From NCBI GenBank assembly GCA_042408215.1, contig JAYFMW010000006.1, positions 800,001-864,000 on the forward strand: a DNA stretch of 64,000 nt, given 5' to 3'. The stretch comes from Microcoleus sp. GTDB taxonomy: Bacteria > Cyanobacteriota > Cyanobacteriia > Cyanobacteriales > Microcoleaceae. Of this stretch, positions 44,418 through 54,282 are shown one piece after another; within the stretch, counting starts at the first letter, position 1; each line of letters begins with the position of its first letter. Below the pieces are notes generated by a model. It saw nothing but the letters and a program-made list of their open reading frames with translations, was not told where the DNA came from and did no database searches. Made by a program: the position numbers and the translations under genes.

Positions 44418-45151
44418 TTAAAAATACTCAACCAGCGGTTGATTAGCAATCGCCTCAATCTTTTGGGATTGTAACAATTGCGTCCACTCTGCTGTCAGTT
44501 TTGCATCATCAGGAGTTTTGCGCCGCATTTCAGCTAGAGTAGCGACTGTCTCGTACCAAATCCCATTTGTAGCATAAACAATCAGCTTAGCGGGTCGGGA
44601 TTTGCCAAATCATTGTTGAGGGTTGGCTGCGGTTTTATGCGTTCTACATAAGCTGTAACAGCAAAATCATTCGATCGATCTTTAGGGTTGCAAATCACCG
44701 AAAACGACCACTGATACCGTTGGCCAACCTCAAGAGATTTGTTGTCACCCGCAGCAGCAGGAATGGTAACTCCAACTATCCCTGGTTTTTCAATTTTAAA
44801 AGCTGTTTCGTAGACCACATTTTTCCCATCTTCAGTTTGCAAAATAAACTCTATTTGTGCTGAAGTATTAGAAACATAAGCAAAGAATGTTGGCGACTCT
44901 GCTAGCGTTAAACCAATTTTGATTTCTGGTATTAAAGGAGTAATAGATCAATCATGCGGACAGGCTTCGCCTCGATGGGTTGCCTCTTGCCGGTTGCCGG
45001 TTGCGCCGACATCTGGAGGTGTGAAATTCACATTTTGACTGCTCTGAATTAGCACCGACTTTGCCGGCATCGGTGCTGAGAAACTAGGGAGATTAACTGC
45101 GATAGCCACTCCAGCGAGCGACATGGTAGTAAGATGTAAAAAGCGTTTCAT
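44418..45151 (-). pseudogene. DUF928 domain protein (copy 2), disrupted
   Basis: In-frame TGA at 44948-44950 (TTA in copy 1) and a 4-bp deletion near 44590 relative to copy 1. Confidence 0.85.
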
Positions 45152-45291
45152 TTTTCAACCAACTTGTAGAGATTGGACATACTCCGTCTCTATTTTTAGC
45201 CTGGAGTTAAAACCCCCTGGTGCGATCGGCAAAAGTTGTCAATTGCAACCCTAACCAAATATCAGAACAAAGCCTGTAGAGATCGGGAGCC

Positions 45292-46029
45292 TTAAAGAGA
45301 CTTAACCAGCGGTTGATCGGCGATCGACTCAAGCCCTTGAGACTCCAACAATTTCGTCCACTGGGCTGTCAACCTAGAATCCGTTGGTGTCTGGCGACGC
45401 AATTGGGCTAAAGTAGTTATAGTCTCGTACCAAATCCCATTTTTTGCGTAAACGCTGACCAAGGCCATAGGGTCGGGATTTGCCAAATCGCTGTTGAGAT
45501 TTGGCTGGGGTTGAATTCGTTGCACCCACCCTTTCACCACTAAATCCGCAGAGCGATCGTTCTGGTCACAAATCATCGAAAATGACCACACGTACCGCTT
45601 GCCAACCTCAACAGATTTTGGCTTGCCTGTGGCTGGAACGCTAACTCCAACTATGCCTGGTTTGTCAATTTTAAAAGCTGTTTCGTAGACTACTTCGTCT
45701 TCATTTTCGGTTAACAAAGTAAACTCTATTTTGGCCGAAGTTTGAGGAACGTAAACAAAAAATGTGGGCGACTCTGAATTGGTTAAACCAATATTACTCA
45801 CAGGTACTAAAGGAGTCATAGATAAACCCGCCGGACAAGCACCGTTGCCCCGATGCGTCCCCCCTTGTCGGTTCCCCGGGGCGGTGACGTTGGGAGGCTG
45901 GAAATTAACATTCTGACTGCTGGAAATTGGCTGGGATTGTGCCCGCACCGGTACCGGCCAAGTAGGAACAGTAGCTGCGATAGCATATCCGGCCACATAA
46001 AACGCAGCCAGATGTAGAAAACGTTTCAT
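45292..46029 (-). CDS. DUF928 domain protein (copy 3)
   Basis: Same motifs; start MKRFLHL by analogy with the paralogs. Confidence 0.85.
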   Translation of the reverse strand: MKRFLHLAAFYVAGYAIAATVPTWPVPVRAQSQPISSSQNVNFQPPNVTAPGNRQGGTHRGNGACPAGLSMTPLVPVSNIGLTNSESPTFFVYVPQTSAKIEFTLLTENEDEVVYETAFKIDKPGIVGVSVPATGKPKSVEVGKRYVWSFSMICDQNDRSADLVVKGWVQRIQPQPNLNSDLANPDPMALVSVYAKNGIWYETITTLAQLRRQTPTDSRLTAQWTKLLESQGLESIADQPLVKSL

Positions 46030-46360
46030 TTTTTTGTACCTTTCATTATAATATTCCCTGCCACAGATCTTGTCGGCTGGCGACATATATCTTCGAACCA
46101 CTAGCTTTTGCGTAGATAAACACTTTGAACCCTGACATATCAATAACATTAATTAATCCGATCGGCAAGTGGATTCTCGCTCCCAGAAATCTAGCTTTCG
46201 AGGTCGCCAGTATCATTGGACACACTCTCTAATTGCGAACAGTAAAATTTTGTAACAAAGTTCCGAGAATTGGAGGCTGTTCTAATATGGAGAAAGTCGA
46301 GCGCTTGGCTGAGCACTCGTCCACTGCTGTTCCAGAAACGATTCAAACTTTTATACTGGC

Positions 46361-48157
46361 ATGATGAGTAAAATATCTCACAAAATTCTATCTGCAAAAA
46401 CGCAATTGAACAAGCTGTACACACCTTCAGTAGCATTTGCTAGGTCTGTACTAATTGCCAGCGTGGCCGTAACATTGTCATTGATTGCGGTCAGACATCT
46501 AGGAATGTTGCAATCATTAGAATTAGGCGCTTACGACCAGATGCTGAGGTCGCGACCAGACGAAACTCCAGACTCGCGCTTGCTGATTGTCGGCATCACC
46601 GAAGGAGACATTCAGAGACTCAAACAGTGGCCAATATCCGATCGCAAAATAGCTGAAATCTTACAAAAACTCGAAAAAATGCAGCCGCGAGCCATTGGTT
46701 TAGACATACTGCGAGACGTACCCCTAGGAGATGGCCGCCAGGAATTAACCAAAGTTTTACAAAAGAGCGATCGAATTATCGGGGTATGTTTAGTCACCGA
46801 TGGTACGGCCGAAAGTCCAGGTTCTCCCCCTCCCCCCGGACTGCCACCAAACAGTATTGGATATGCTGATTTTGGAGTCGATCCCGGAGGCGTGCTTCGC
46901 AGGGCTTTATTATTCATGAAACCCCCGACAATTGAGAGCAATTCCCCGGTTGAAAAACATCTGTGTAACGACGATTCCCAAGTATTATTTTCTTTCAACC
47001 TCCAGCTAGCACTTCGCTACCTACAAGCGGAAAAAAAATACCCTAAACTCGCCGCAGATCAATCTTTATGGCTGGGTGCAACCGAATTTAAACAATTAGG
47101 AAACAATGACGGAGGATACAAAAATGCCGATGTCCGGGGATATCAAATACTGATCCACTATCGCTCCCGAAGCCAAGTCGCAAACCAAGTCACACTTACA
47201 GATGTTTTAGAAGGCAAAATAGCTCCTAATTTAGTCAAAGATAAAATAGTTCTGATCGGTTACACCACCGAAACTGTTAAAGACTTTTTTTACACTCCTT
47301 ACAGTGCGGGAAAGGACAACAACCAACTCATGTTCGGGATAGTTGCTCACGCACAAGTAGTTAGTCAAATTTTAAGTGCTGTTTTAGACAAGCGACCCCT
47401 GTTTTGGTTTTGGCCAGAATCGGCAGAAATCCTGTGGATTTGGGGATGGTCAATGGTCGGAGGAACCTTAGCTTGGCGGATGGCTCACCCTACGCGCTTG
47501 GCCCTGGCATTTGCAGCCACGCTGGGACTATGTTGCAGCATCAGCTTTGGGATTTTTCTGTTAGCAGGGTGGGTACCTGTAGCCGCGCCTGCTTTAGCAT
47601 TAATTGTAACTGCTGGCAGCATTGTATCAGCAGACAGATTTAATAAAGCAGGATACGGGAAAGTAATTAGCGATCGGGTAAAACAAGTCTTCAAAATCGA
47701 AATAGACCAAGCCCAAAAAGCAGAGCAAGTCGCAGAAATTACGGGGTCAGATTTCTTTAAAGAATTGCAGCAAAAGAAAGATAAACTAAGGGTTGGCAAA
47801 AAAGAACCCTCTCAAACAGAACCGAACCAACCCCAAGAAATAACTGTCGGTTCCGAAGAGCCTGAAAACGCTAAAAGTCAGCCGGAGGAATACTTAGCTC
47901 AGTTGCAGCAAACAGTCAAACAACACAAGCAGCGCACCGCAGTCACTGAATCTGAAAGCGACTCTCAAGCCAGCGTCCCCATTGATGCTAGCAACAGTAA
48001 TACCTGGGCCGAAACCTCGCCCGACGACGAAATGAGTCAATTGCAAGCCAAGGCCAAACAGATGCGGGAACGCAGAAGCGCAGCAAAGAAGATCAAAGAT
48101 CTAGATAGCGAAGATTTGGGGGACAAAGAGGATTTGGGAGCAGATAAGGGAGCATAA
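46361..48157 (+). CDS. CHASE2 domain membrane protein with a charged C-terminal tail and no catalytic output domain
   Basis: LELGAYDQM, WPISD, IGLDILRD, D.GGVLRR, KIVLIGYT, FYTPY, G...HAQ..SQIL, three TM helices. Confidence 0.85.
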   Translation: MMSKISHKILSAKTQLNKLYTPSVAFARSVLIASVAVTLSLIAVRHLGMLQSLELGAYDQMLRSRPDETPDSRLLIVGITEGDIQRLKQWPISDRKIAEILQKLEKMQPRAIGLDILRDVPLGDGRQELTKVLQKSDRIIGVCLVTDGTAESPGSPPPPGLPPNSIGYADFGVDPGGVLRRALLFMKPPTIESNSPVEKHLCNDDSQVLFSFNLQLALRYLQAEKKYPKLAADQSLWLGATEFKQLGNNDGGYKNADVRGYQILIHYRSRSQVANQVTLTDVLEGKIAPNLVKDKIVLIGYTTETVKDFFYTPYSAGKDNNQLMFGIVAHAQVVSQILSAVLDKRPLFWFWPESAEILWIWGWSMVGGTLAWRMAHPTRLALAFAATLGLCCSISFGIFLLAGWVPVAAPALALIVTAGSIVSADRFNKAGYGKVISDRVKQVFKIEIDQAQKAEQVAEITGSDFFKELQQKKDKLRVGKKEPSQTEPNQPQEITVGSEEPENAKSQPEEYLAQLQQTVKQHKQRTAVTESESDSQASVPIDASNSNTWAETSPDDEMSQLQAKAKQMRERRSAAKKIKDLDSEDLGDKEDLGADKGA

Positions 48158-48258
48158 TTGATATCTGCTGGCTGCAAATCCGTTTCCCTCGCCCTTCTGT
48201 TTTTATTGGGAATTTGTAATTGCTTGAAGTAGCCCGCTCTCGCCCTCATAGGTAAATC

Positions 48259-49017
48259 ATGTCTAAAATCATCTCTGTCCACTCCTACCGAGGTGGAACT
48301 GGCAAATCGAACATGACAGCCAACCTGGCATCTATTATCGCTCGCGACGGAAATCGGGTCGGCATTGTAGACACGGATATTCAATCGCCCGGGATTCACG
48401 TACTGTTCGGTTTCAGCGAGCAGAACATGGATCGCTGTATCAATGATTACCTGTGGGGCCGGTGTCCGATCGCCGATACAGCCTACGATGTTAGTTCCCT
48501 GCTGCCAAAATTAGCCAATAATGGCAGCCTCTACCTGATCCCTTCGAGCATTAAAGCAGGGGAGATTGCGCGAGTTTTGCGCGAAGGCTACGACGTGGGC
48601 CTTCTCACCGATGGCTTTCAAGAACTGATCGAGGTTCTCAACTTAGACTACCTATTTATCGACACTCACCCTGGCCTTAACGAAGAAACCCTGCTCAGCA
48701 TCACCATTTCCGACATCCTGCTGCTGATCCTGCGTCCAGATCAGCAAGACTTTCAGGGAACGGCTGTCACGGTGGATGTCGCCCGCCAATTAGAGGTTCC
48801 CAAAATCTTGATGACTATCAACAAAGCCCCTGAATCCCTCGATTTCGACGATTTGAAGCAGCAAGTAGAGACGATCTATAAAATCCCCGTGGCTGGGGTT
48901 CTCCCCCACAGCGATAAAATGATGCTGCTCGCCAGCAAAGGGGTTTTTGCTCTGCACTTCCCCAAGGATCCCCTAACTGCGGTGGTGGAAGGGATTGCTA
49001 AAGAGATTGTCGGCTAA
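48259..49017 (+). CDS. MinD/ParA family ATPase
   Basis: HSYRGGTGKS, VDTDIQSPG, IDTHPG. Confidence 0.88.
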   Translation: MSKIISVHSYRGGTGKSNMTANLASIIARDGNRVGIVDTDIQSPGIHVLFGFSEQNMDRCINDYLWGRCPIADTAYDVSSLLPKLANNGSLYLIPSSIKAGEIARVLREGYDVGLLTDGFQELIEVLNLDYLFIDTHPGLNEETLLSITISDILLLILRPDQQDFQGTAVTVDVARQLEVPKILMTINKAPESLDFDDLKQQVETIYKIPVAGVLPHSDKMMLLASKGVFALHFPKDPLTAVVEGIAKEIVG

Positions 49018-49179
49018 CGCTGGGATCTTCTGAAAATACCCGATCGAGGGTTTGGAGTCCAAGTCCTCCGGCGCGATGGCTCCGGCGGGCTTTAGACTAC
49101 GGGCGATCGAACTTTCTGCTGAAAATATTTGCTTGCTCAGTCTGAAGAACGGCGACAAAATGAGATACAAATAGATTAT

Positions 49180-49497
49180 AAAGAATAGCCTGAAAACCCG
49201 ATCGACTTGAGTCCAGGGATGAAAGGTAGTTGCAGGATAAATCCGGCCTTGATTTACCGATCGTGCCGAATCATGTTAACACCGTGTTTTGGCGTGGTCA
49301 AATAGCACTTGTCAGTACAAGACATTAAAACCTACCCCCGGACAGGGGGAAAGTTACGACCGAGGATCTAGTTGCAAGACTAGGATAGCAGACCGCCATT
49401 TTTGGCAACAGGATTGCGCCCGGAAACCCTAGCAATAGGGATATTAAGGCCGCCAAGTCTTAAGAATCCCCGCCTATGACAGACCGGGGAGTGTCAA
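49180..49497 (+). mobile_element. Non-coding IS200/IS605-derived element (PATE-like) with an omegaRNA-like right end
   Basis: TTAT| then AAAA guide and hairpin; right end AAGAATCCCC...GGGGAGTG-TCAA; no transposase ORF. Confidence 0.7.
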
Positions 49498-49531
49498 GAG
49501 AATTTGTTAAAAAACTTTAGGAGGAGAACTC

Positions 49532-49657
49532 ATGGATTTTGACTTCCGCATACTGATAGTATTGACGCCCCTCTTGTTGGCCGCCGGCTGGGCCGTATAC
49601 AACATCGGCGCTCTTGCTCTCAGACAAGTTCAGAACTTGTTGAACAAGCAAGCTTAG
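49532..49657 (+). CDS. psbY: Photosystem II protein PsbY
   Basis: [50 protein letters not shown]; not in the ORF track. Confidence 0.9.
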   Translation: MDFDFRILIVLTPLLLAAGWAVYNIGALALRQVQNLLNKQA

Positions 49658-49700
49658 GAAGAAACGGCATCGGGTTGCGGTTCGCTTCATCTATTTTCTG

Positions 49701-49738
49701 AGCCGACTGTTTCGTGGAATACAAAACAGTCGGCTTAT
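49701..49738 (+). terminator. Hairpin after psbY
   Basis: AGCCGACTGTTT...AAACAGTCGGCT followed by TATTT. Confidence 0.55.
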
Positions 49739-49952
49739 TTGTGCATTGGTTCTCGGAGGCGATCGGCAGATATGGAGAGAGAGGCCAATTTACTACCACA
49801 GAGAGATTAGGCACTGCCGAAAGAAAAATTAGATTGATTTTTGACCATCTACTCAGCATTGGTCAGTTGAGTGCAATCCCAATATTTGCCAAACACATTG
49901 CCGCCTAAAATATGAGACAATCAAAAAAGTGTAATTACCAGGAAAACTATTT

Positions 49953-51559
49953 TCCCGATAATCCCCGACAATCCCCGAAAATTGACATGGGTCACGTCAA
50001 AGTGTGACAATAGTCCATAACCAGAGCGAATTTACACCGATGACTACTGTGACATACTGCAAAGCACTTCCGACACCAATATATGAGTTAAACCCACTGG
50101 GCCAAACTCAGCTAGAAATGTTTTTGAGTGCTTATACCCCAATTTTCCACAATGCAGTATGTGAAACGGTGAACTTTATCCTCTCAGGTGTTGACTTTAA
50201 CCAATCTCAATGGCGAACCCATTTACAAGACAATTACGGGATTAGTGCTCGACACGCCCAGGGCGTTATCTCAGCCGCCAAGGGTGCTGTTGGTAGTGCA
50301 AAAGAATGTCGGATTTTACATATCAAAACCTTAGAAGGTCAAGCCAAATCCTGTGCAGCTTGGTTGAAGAAGGCAGAAAGGAAACTGAAGAATGCTCGGA
50401 AATTTTACGCCGCCCCCAATTGGCGCGAGCGTAAAAAAGGGTGTGTTTTTCCCTTATCCTGCTCTCTCAAATCTCGCCAAACCTCTTGGCAGAATTTACG
50501 GTTTCAAATCCATCACAAAAAGCGTAAATTACACAGATATCAGTCCCAAATATCGGCGGTGCGATTGGCTCCTATTAGGGTGTCAGTCCCCCGACATCAA
50601 GCCTTTGTCGTTGGGTGTAAAAATGAATCTAATGGCAATCAGGTATGTCAATGGGATGGGAATAATTTAAGATTGAGAGTACCCGCCTGTTTGGCATCCA
50701 AAGTTGGTAAGTATGTCGAGTCGAAAATTGGTGATTTTCCTCGCAACATTAACCGATTACCTGCAACAGGGGCTAAAACTTGGCACTTCTATTACAAATC
50801 GGGTAAGTGGTGTGCGGCTGTGAGTTTTACCCCATCAGAAGTTAAGCGAGTATCGAGTTCTGTAGATTATGGATGTATCGGTATTGATCTGAATCCGGGG
50901 TCCATTGGTTGGGCTTATATCGACAAGGAAGGGAATTTAAAAGCTCATAATCAAATACCATTACAAACGGGACTCCCGAAGGGTCAACAACAGGCTCAAA
51001 TTGTTAAAGCTTGTCGGGAATTGGCGAAACTAGCCAGCCATTATCAATGTCCCATTGTGGGTGAAAAATTAGACTTTTGTGCTAAGAAAGAACAACTAAG
51101 AGAACGGGGTAGAAAGTATGCTCGAAGCCTTTCTCATTGGGCTTATTCTCGGTTTTTCAAGTTGTTAAACTCTATTCTTTCTAATCGTGGGATAGAATTG
51201 ATCGCAGTAAATCCGGCTTATTCGAGTATCATTGGCTTAGTCAAATATCTAAAAATGTATGGTTTAGCTAGTGATGAATCAGCGGGTTTAGTGATGGCTC
51301 GTCGAGGGATGAGGCTATCGGAAAAGATACCAGGCTCCTTAACCGCCGCCTTTGAGGTGAACTCAACTAAGCAGGTTTGGAGCCTGTGGAATCAACTTAA
51401 TAAAAAAATCAAGTGTTCTGGTATGGTAACAACTAGACATTGTTACTATACCATCTCTAACTGGGATTTCCTGGCCAACCTCAGTATTGAGGAAGTCTAA
51501 GCACTAGGAAAGAATGCTTAAGAAACTTAAACAGCCTAGTTTGTCTCGATTTGTCGGGA
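49953..51559 (+). mobile_element. IS607-like element lacking the serine recombinase
   Basis: Left: three 10-bp-period repeats CCCGAnAAT (49954-49982). Right: inverted related motifs TTGTCTCGA/TTTGTCGGGA. Only the TnpB-related ORF inside; exact ends uncertain. Confidence 0.6.
50040..51500 (+). CDS. TnpB-related RuvC protein
   Basis: RuvC-I GIDLNP, RuvC-II VGEKLDF, VNPAYSSIIG, RuvC-III SDESAGLVMARRG. Confidence 0.85.
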   Translation: MTTVTYCKALPTPIYELNPLGQTQLEMFLSAYTPIFHNAVCETVNFILSGVDFNQSQWRTHLQDNYGISARHAQGVISAAKGAVGSAKECRILHIKTLEGQAKSCAAWLKKAERKLKNARKFYAAPNWRERKKGCVFPLSCSLKSRQTSWQNLRFQIHHKKRKLHRYQSQISAVRLAPIRVSVPRHQAFVVGCKNESNGNQVCQWDGNNLRLRVPACLASKVGKYVESKIGDFPRNINRLPATGAKTWHFYYKSGKWCAAVSFTPSEVKRVSSSVDYGCIGIDLNPGSIGWAYIDKEGNLKAHNQIPLQTGLPKGQQQAQIVKACRELAKLASHYQCPIVGEKLDFCAKKEQLRERGRKYARSLSHWAYSRFFKLLNSILSNRGIELIAVNPAYSSIIGLVKYLKMYGLASDESAGLVMARRGMRLSEKIPGSLTAAFEVNSTKQVWSLWNQLNKKIKCSGMVTTRHCYYTISNWDFLANLSIEEV

Positions 51560-51668
51560 TTTTTTGAAGCTGTATTCCCTGAAAATCAGCAGAAAAACTG
51601 CGAATTTTAACAGATAGGGAATCTCGGTCAAATTGTCAATGTTTAATCCCTATATCTTGAGATAGATT

Positions 51669-53177
51669 ATGCTTTTTCCCCGTTCGAGCGGTATTCTACT
51701 CCACCCCACATCCTTTCCCAGTCGATTTGGCGTAGGGGACATGGGAATAGAAGCATATCGGTTTATTGACTTTTTAGTAGAGAGCGACCAGCAATACTGG
51801 CAGATCTTGCCGCTGGGCCCGACAGGATACGGCAATTCTCCTTATTCGTGCTATTCAGCAATGGCAGGAAATCCGCTGCTGATTAGCCCAGAACTGCTGC
51901 GGGACGAGCAATTGCTCGCAGATGAAGACTTGGCTAATTTGCCAGAATTTCCCCTCGATACTGTAGAGTTCGAGCGGGCGATCGCGCTCAAATTTCCCTT
52001 GCTCAAAAAAGCCTGCGAAAACTTCAAGGCCAAAGCATCGCCGATCCAGCAAAAAGAATTCTCAGCTTTTTGCAACAGCAAACACACTTGGCTGGAAGAT
52101 TATGCCTTATTTATGGCACTAAAAGACTGCTTTGGTGGTGTTAGCTGGAACAATTGGGAACCAGATATTGCCCATCGAAAACCGGAGTCGCTAGAGAAGT
52201 GGCGGCAGCAGCTAAATGCTGAGATTTATTACTACAAATACGTCCAGTTTGAGTTTTTCCGCCAGTGGACGGAGTTGAAACGCTATGCCAACTTGCGGGA
52301 CATTAAAATTATTGGCGATATTCCGATTTATGTAGCTCACGACAGCGCGGATGTGTGGTCTCATCCAGAAACATTCTGCTTGGATGAAGAGACAGGAGAA
52401 GCAGCTTTAATGGCCGGAGTTCCTCCTGATTACTTCAGCAATACAGGTCAATTGTGGGGAAACCCAGTCTACAATTGGGAGAAGTTGGAAGCAAATAATT
52501 TCCAGTGGTGGGTGCAGCGTTTTGAAGCGATTTTCGATTATGTAGATGTGACTCGGATTGACCATTTTCGAGGATTTGATGCTTACTGGGCTGTGGAGCG
52601 CGGACAAGAAAATGCGATCGAGGGAGAGTGGATTAAAGCGCCGGGAACAGCTTTGTTTGAGGTAATTAACGAGAAGTTGGGCGACCTGCCAATTATCGCT
52701 GAGGATTTAGGGGTAATTACTCCGGAAGTAGAAGCTTTGCGCGATCGATTCGAGTTTCCGGGAATGAAGATTTTGCAGTTTGCTTTTGGCGCTGGCCCTG
52801 GCGATCCTTTTTTGCCTTTCAACTACGTTCGCAACTGCGTAGTCTACACCGGAACTCACGATAACGACACGACTATCGGGTGGTTCAATCAACTGCAACA
52901 CTACGAAAGAGATGAGGTTCTGCGTTATTTGGGCTGCATCGATCCCCAAGGGATTCACTGGTCTTTAATCCGCATGGCTTGGAGTTCTATTGCTAATTTG
53001 GCAGTTGTTCCGTTTCAAGACTTGTTGGGTTTGGGTACTGACGCGCGGATGAATTTTCCGGGGAAAGCAGAGGGAAATTGGGGATGGCGATATCGACCCG
53101 AAGCTTTGAATTGGGACGTGCGCGATCGGCTAAAAACTATCACTTATATCTGCGGGCGCACCCCCCATAAAAATTAA
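51669..53177 (+). CDS. malQ: 4-alpha-glucanotransferase (amylomaltase)
   Basis: RSSGILLHPTS, WQILPLGP, GQLWGNP, RIDHFRG, AEDLG, YTGTHDNDT. Confidence 0.95.
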   Translation: MLFPRSSGILLHPTSFPSRFGVGDMGIEAYRFIDFLVESDQQYWQILPLGPTGYGNSPYSCYSAMAGNPLLISPELLRDEQLLADEDLANLPEFPLDTVEFERAIALKFPLLKKACENFKAKASPIQQKEFSAFCNSKHTWLEDYALFMALKDCFGGVSWNNWEPDIAHRKPESLEKWRQQLNAEIYYYKYVQFEFFRQWTELKRYANLRDIKIIGDIPIYVAHDSADVWSHPETFCLDEETGEAALMAGVPPDYFSNTGQLWGNPVYNWEKLEANNFQWWVQRFEAIFDYVDVTRIDHFRGFDAYWAVERGQENAIEGEWIKAPGTALFEVINEKLGDLPIIAEDLGVITPEVEALRDRFEFPGMKILQFAFGAGPGDPFLPFNYVRNCVVYTGTHDNDTTIGWFNQLQHYERDEVLRYLGCIDPQGIHWSLIRMAWSSIANLAVVPFQDLLGLGTDARMNFPGKAEGNWGWRYRPEALNWDVRDRLKTITYICGRTPHKN

Positions 53178-53179
53178 AA

Positions 53180-53400
53180 ATTGGGAATTGGGAATTGGGC
53201 GAAGCGAAGCTCCGGGATGGGGCATGGGGCATGGGGCATGGGGCATTGGTAATTGACTTTCAAGTAAAAAGGTAAAACTTAAAATAACGCATTTTATCTT
53301 TTCACTTTTGCATTACCAATTACCAATTACCCATTACCAATTACCAATTACCAATTCCCCATGCCCGATGCCCGATACCCGATGCCCCATGCCCCATTAC
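53180..53400. repeat. Inverted heptamer tracts between convergent genes
   Basis: GGGAATT/GGGCATG left; AATTACC/CATGCCC right. Confidence 0.85.
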
Positions 53401-53403
53401 CTA

Positions 53404-54282
53404 TTACCCTTCATTTTTAGGCTTTTCTGAAGGCTTAAGTTCGTCGGCTTTCAAAATAACTTTTTTGACAACTCCAGGGGCTCCAAACAATTCGGCCTGT
53501 CCGTTATTAACAGCAATCATTACCCCGCCGGCGTTGCCAGCTACAAATACCAATTCCTTTTGGGCCTGCCAAGTGCGTACAGTCCCTGAAGGTAAAAGTC
53601 CTTCAAACTCGGTTTTGCCATCGACTTGAATCTGCACCCAGGATTCGGCCTTGAATGTGACGTTAACCATCACCGGTTTATTGCCAGATTTATCTAAACT
53701 TTCATCGGCTTTTGCTGCTTCTAGGGCAGTGTAAGTATCCACCTTCTGATTTTTGGTGGCGTTCAAGGACTTGGCAACTAAACGGGCTCGTTCTTGCTCC
53801 TGCAGGGCGGGGTCTGGCGCACTTGTAACATTCTTTGTTGTCAGAGAACTTCCCATCAACTGAGACAGGCTATTCACAGAAAAGATAATTAGAAATGTGT
53901 AAAACAGGTACAGGTGCATCGGCCGTAACTGGGGCAAATCCTGCCAGGAAACCTTGGTTAGCGATCGAGGTGCTGGTTCGATCGGGAAAAAGTCGGCGAA
54001 CTGAGCGCCGTCGATCCCCATCGCCTCGGCGTAGCGCTTGATCAAACCCTGAGTGTAGACGGGTTCGGGCAGTTGGTCGAGTTGACCCTCTTCGATCGCT
54101 TGCAGCAGATGACACCGAATCCTGGTCACCAGAGCTACTTGTTCCAAGCTAATCGACTGCTGTTCGCGACGTTGGCGGAGTTTAACCCCGATTTCTGCTA
54201 GCTTTTCGGCGCGTTCTGCCTCTTGGGAGTGCAACTTTTTCTTAGTGGTTTTGAAGAATAAAAAAAATAAATTCTTTGTCAT
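53404..54282 (-). CDS. rodZ: RodZ-like protein (HTH, TM, DUF4115)
   Basis: G.KLRQ.RE...SLEQVA..TRI....LQAIEEG...LPEPVY..GLIKRYA; SWV....DG...FEG, AGNAGGV; start overlaps the upstream stop (ATGA). Confidence 0.8.
   Translation of the reverse strand: MTKNLFFLFFKTTKKKLHSQEAERAEKLAEIGVKLRQRREQQSISLEQVALVTRIRCHLLQAIEEGQLDQLPEPVYTQGLIKRYAEAMGIDGAQFADFFPIEPAPRSLTKVSWQDLPQLRPMHLYLFYTFLIIFSVNSLSQLMGSSLTTKNVTSAPDPALQEQERARLVAKSLNATKNQKVDTYTALEAAKADESLDKSGNKPVMVNVTFKAESWVQIQVDGKTEFEGLLPSGTVRTWQAQKELVFVAGNAGGVMIAVNNGQAELFGAPGVVKKVILKADELKPSEKPKNEG

Noticed and set aside
43595..44650. Diversity-generating retroelement TR/VR pair among DUF928 3' ends
   Set aside because: Differences are not adenine-specific, whole genes are paralogous, and there is no reverse transcriptase in the window
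49180..49497. Group I intron / IStron or riboswitch
   Set aside because: No recognisable P/Q/R/S core or known aptamer; ends fit IS200/IS605 rules
50040..51500. Cas12f CRISPR effector
   Set aside because: No CRISPR array or cas1/cas2 nearby; IS-like ends present
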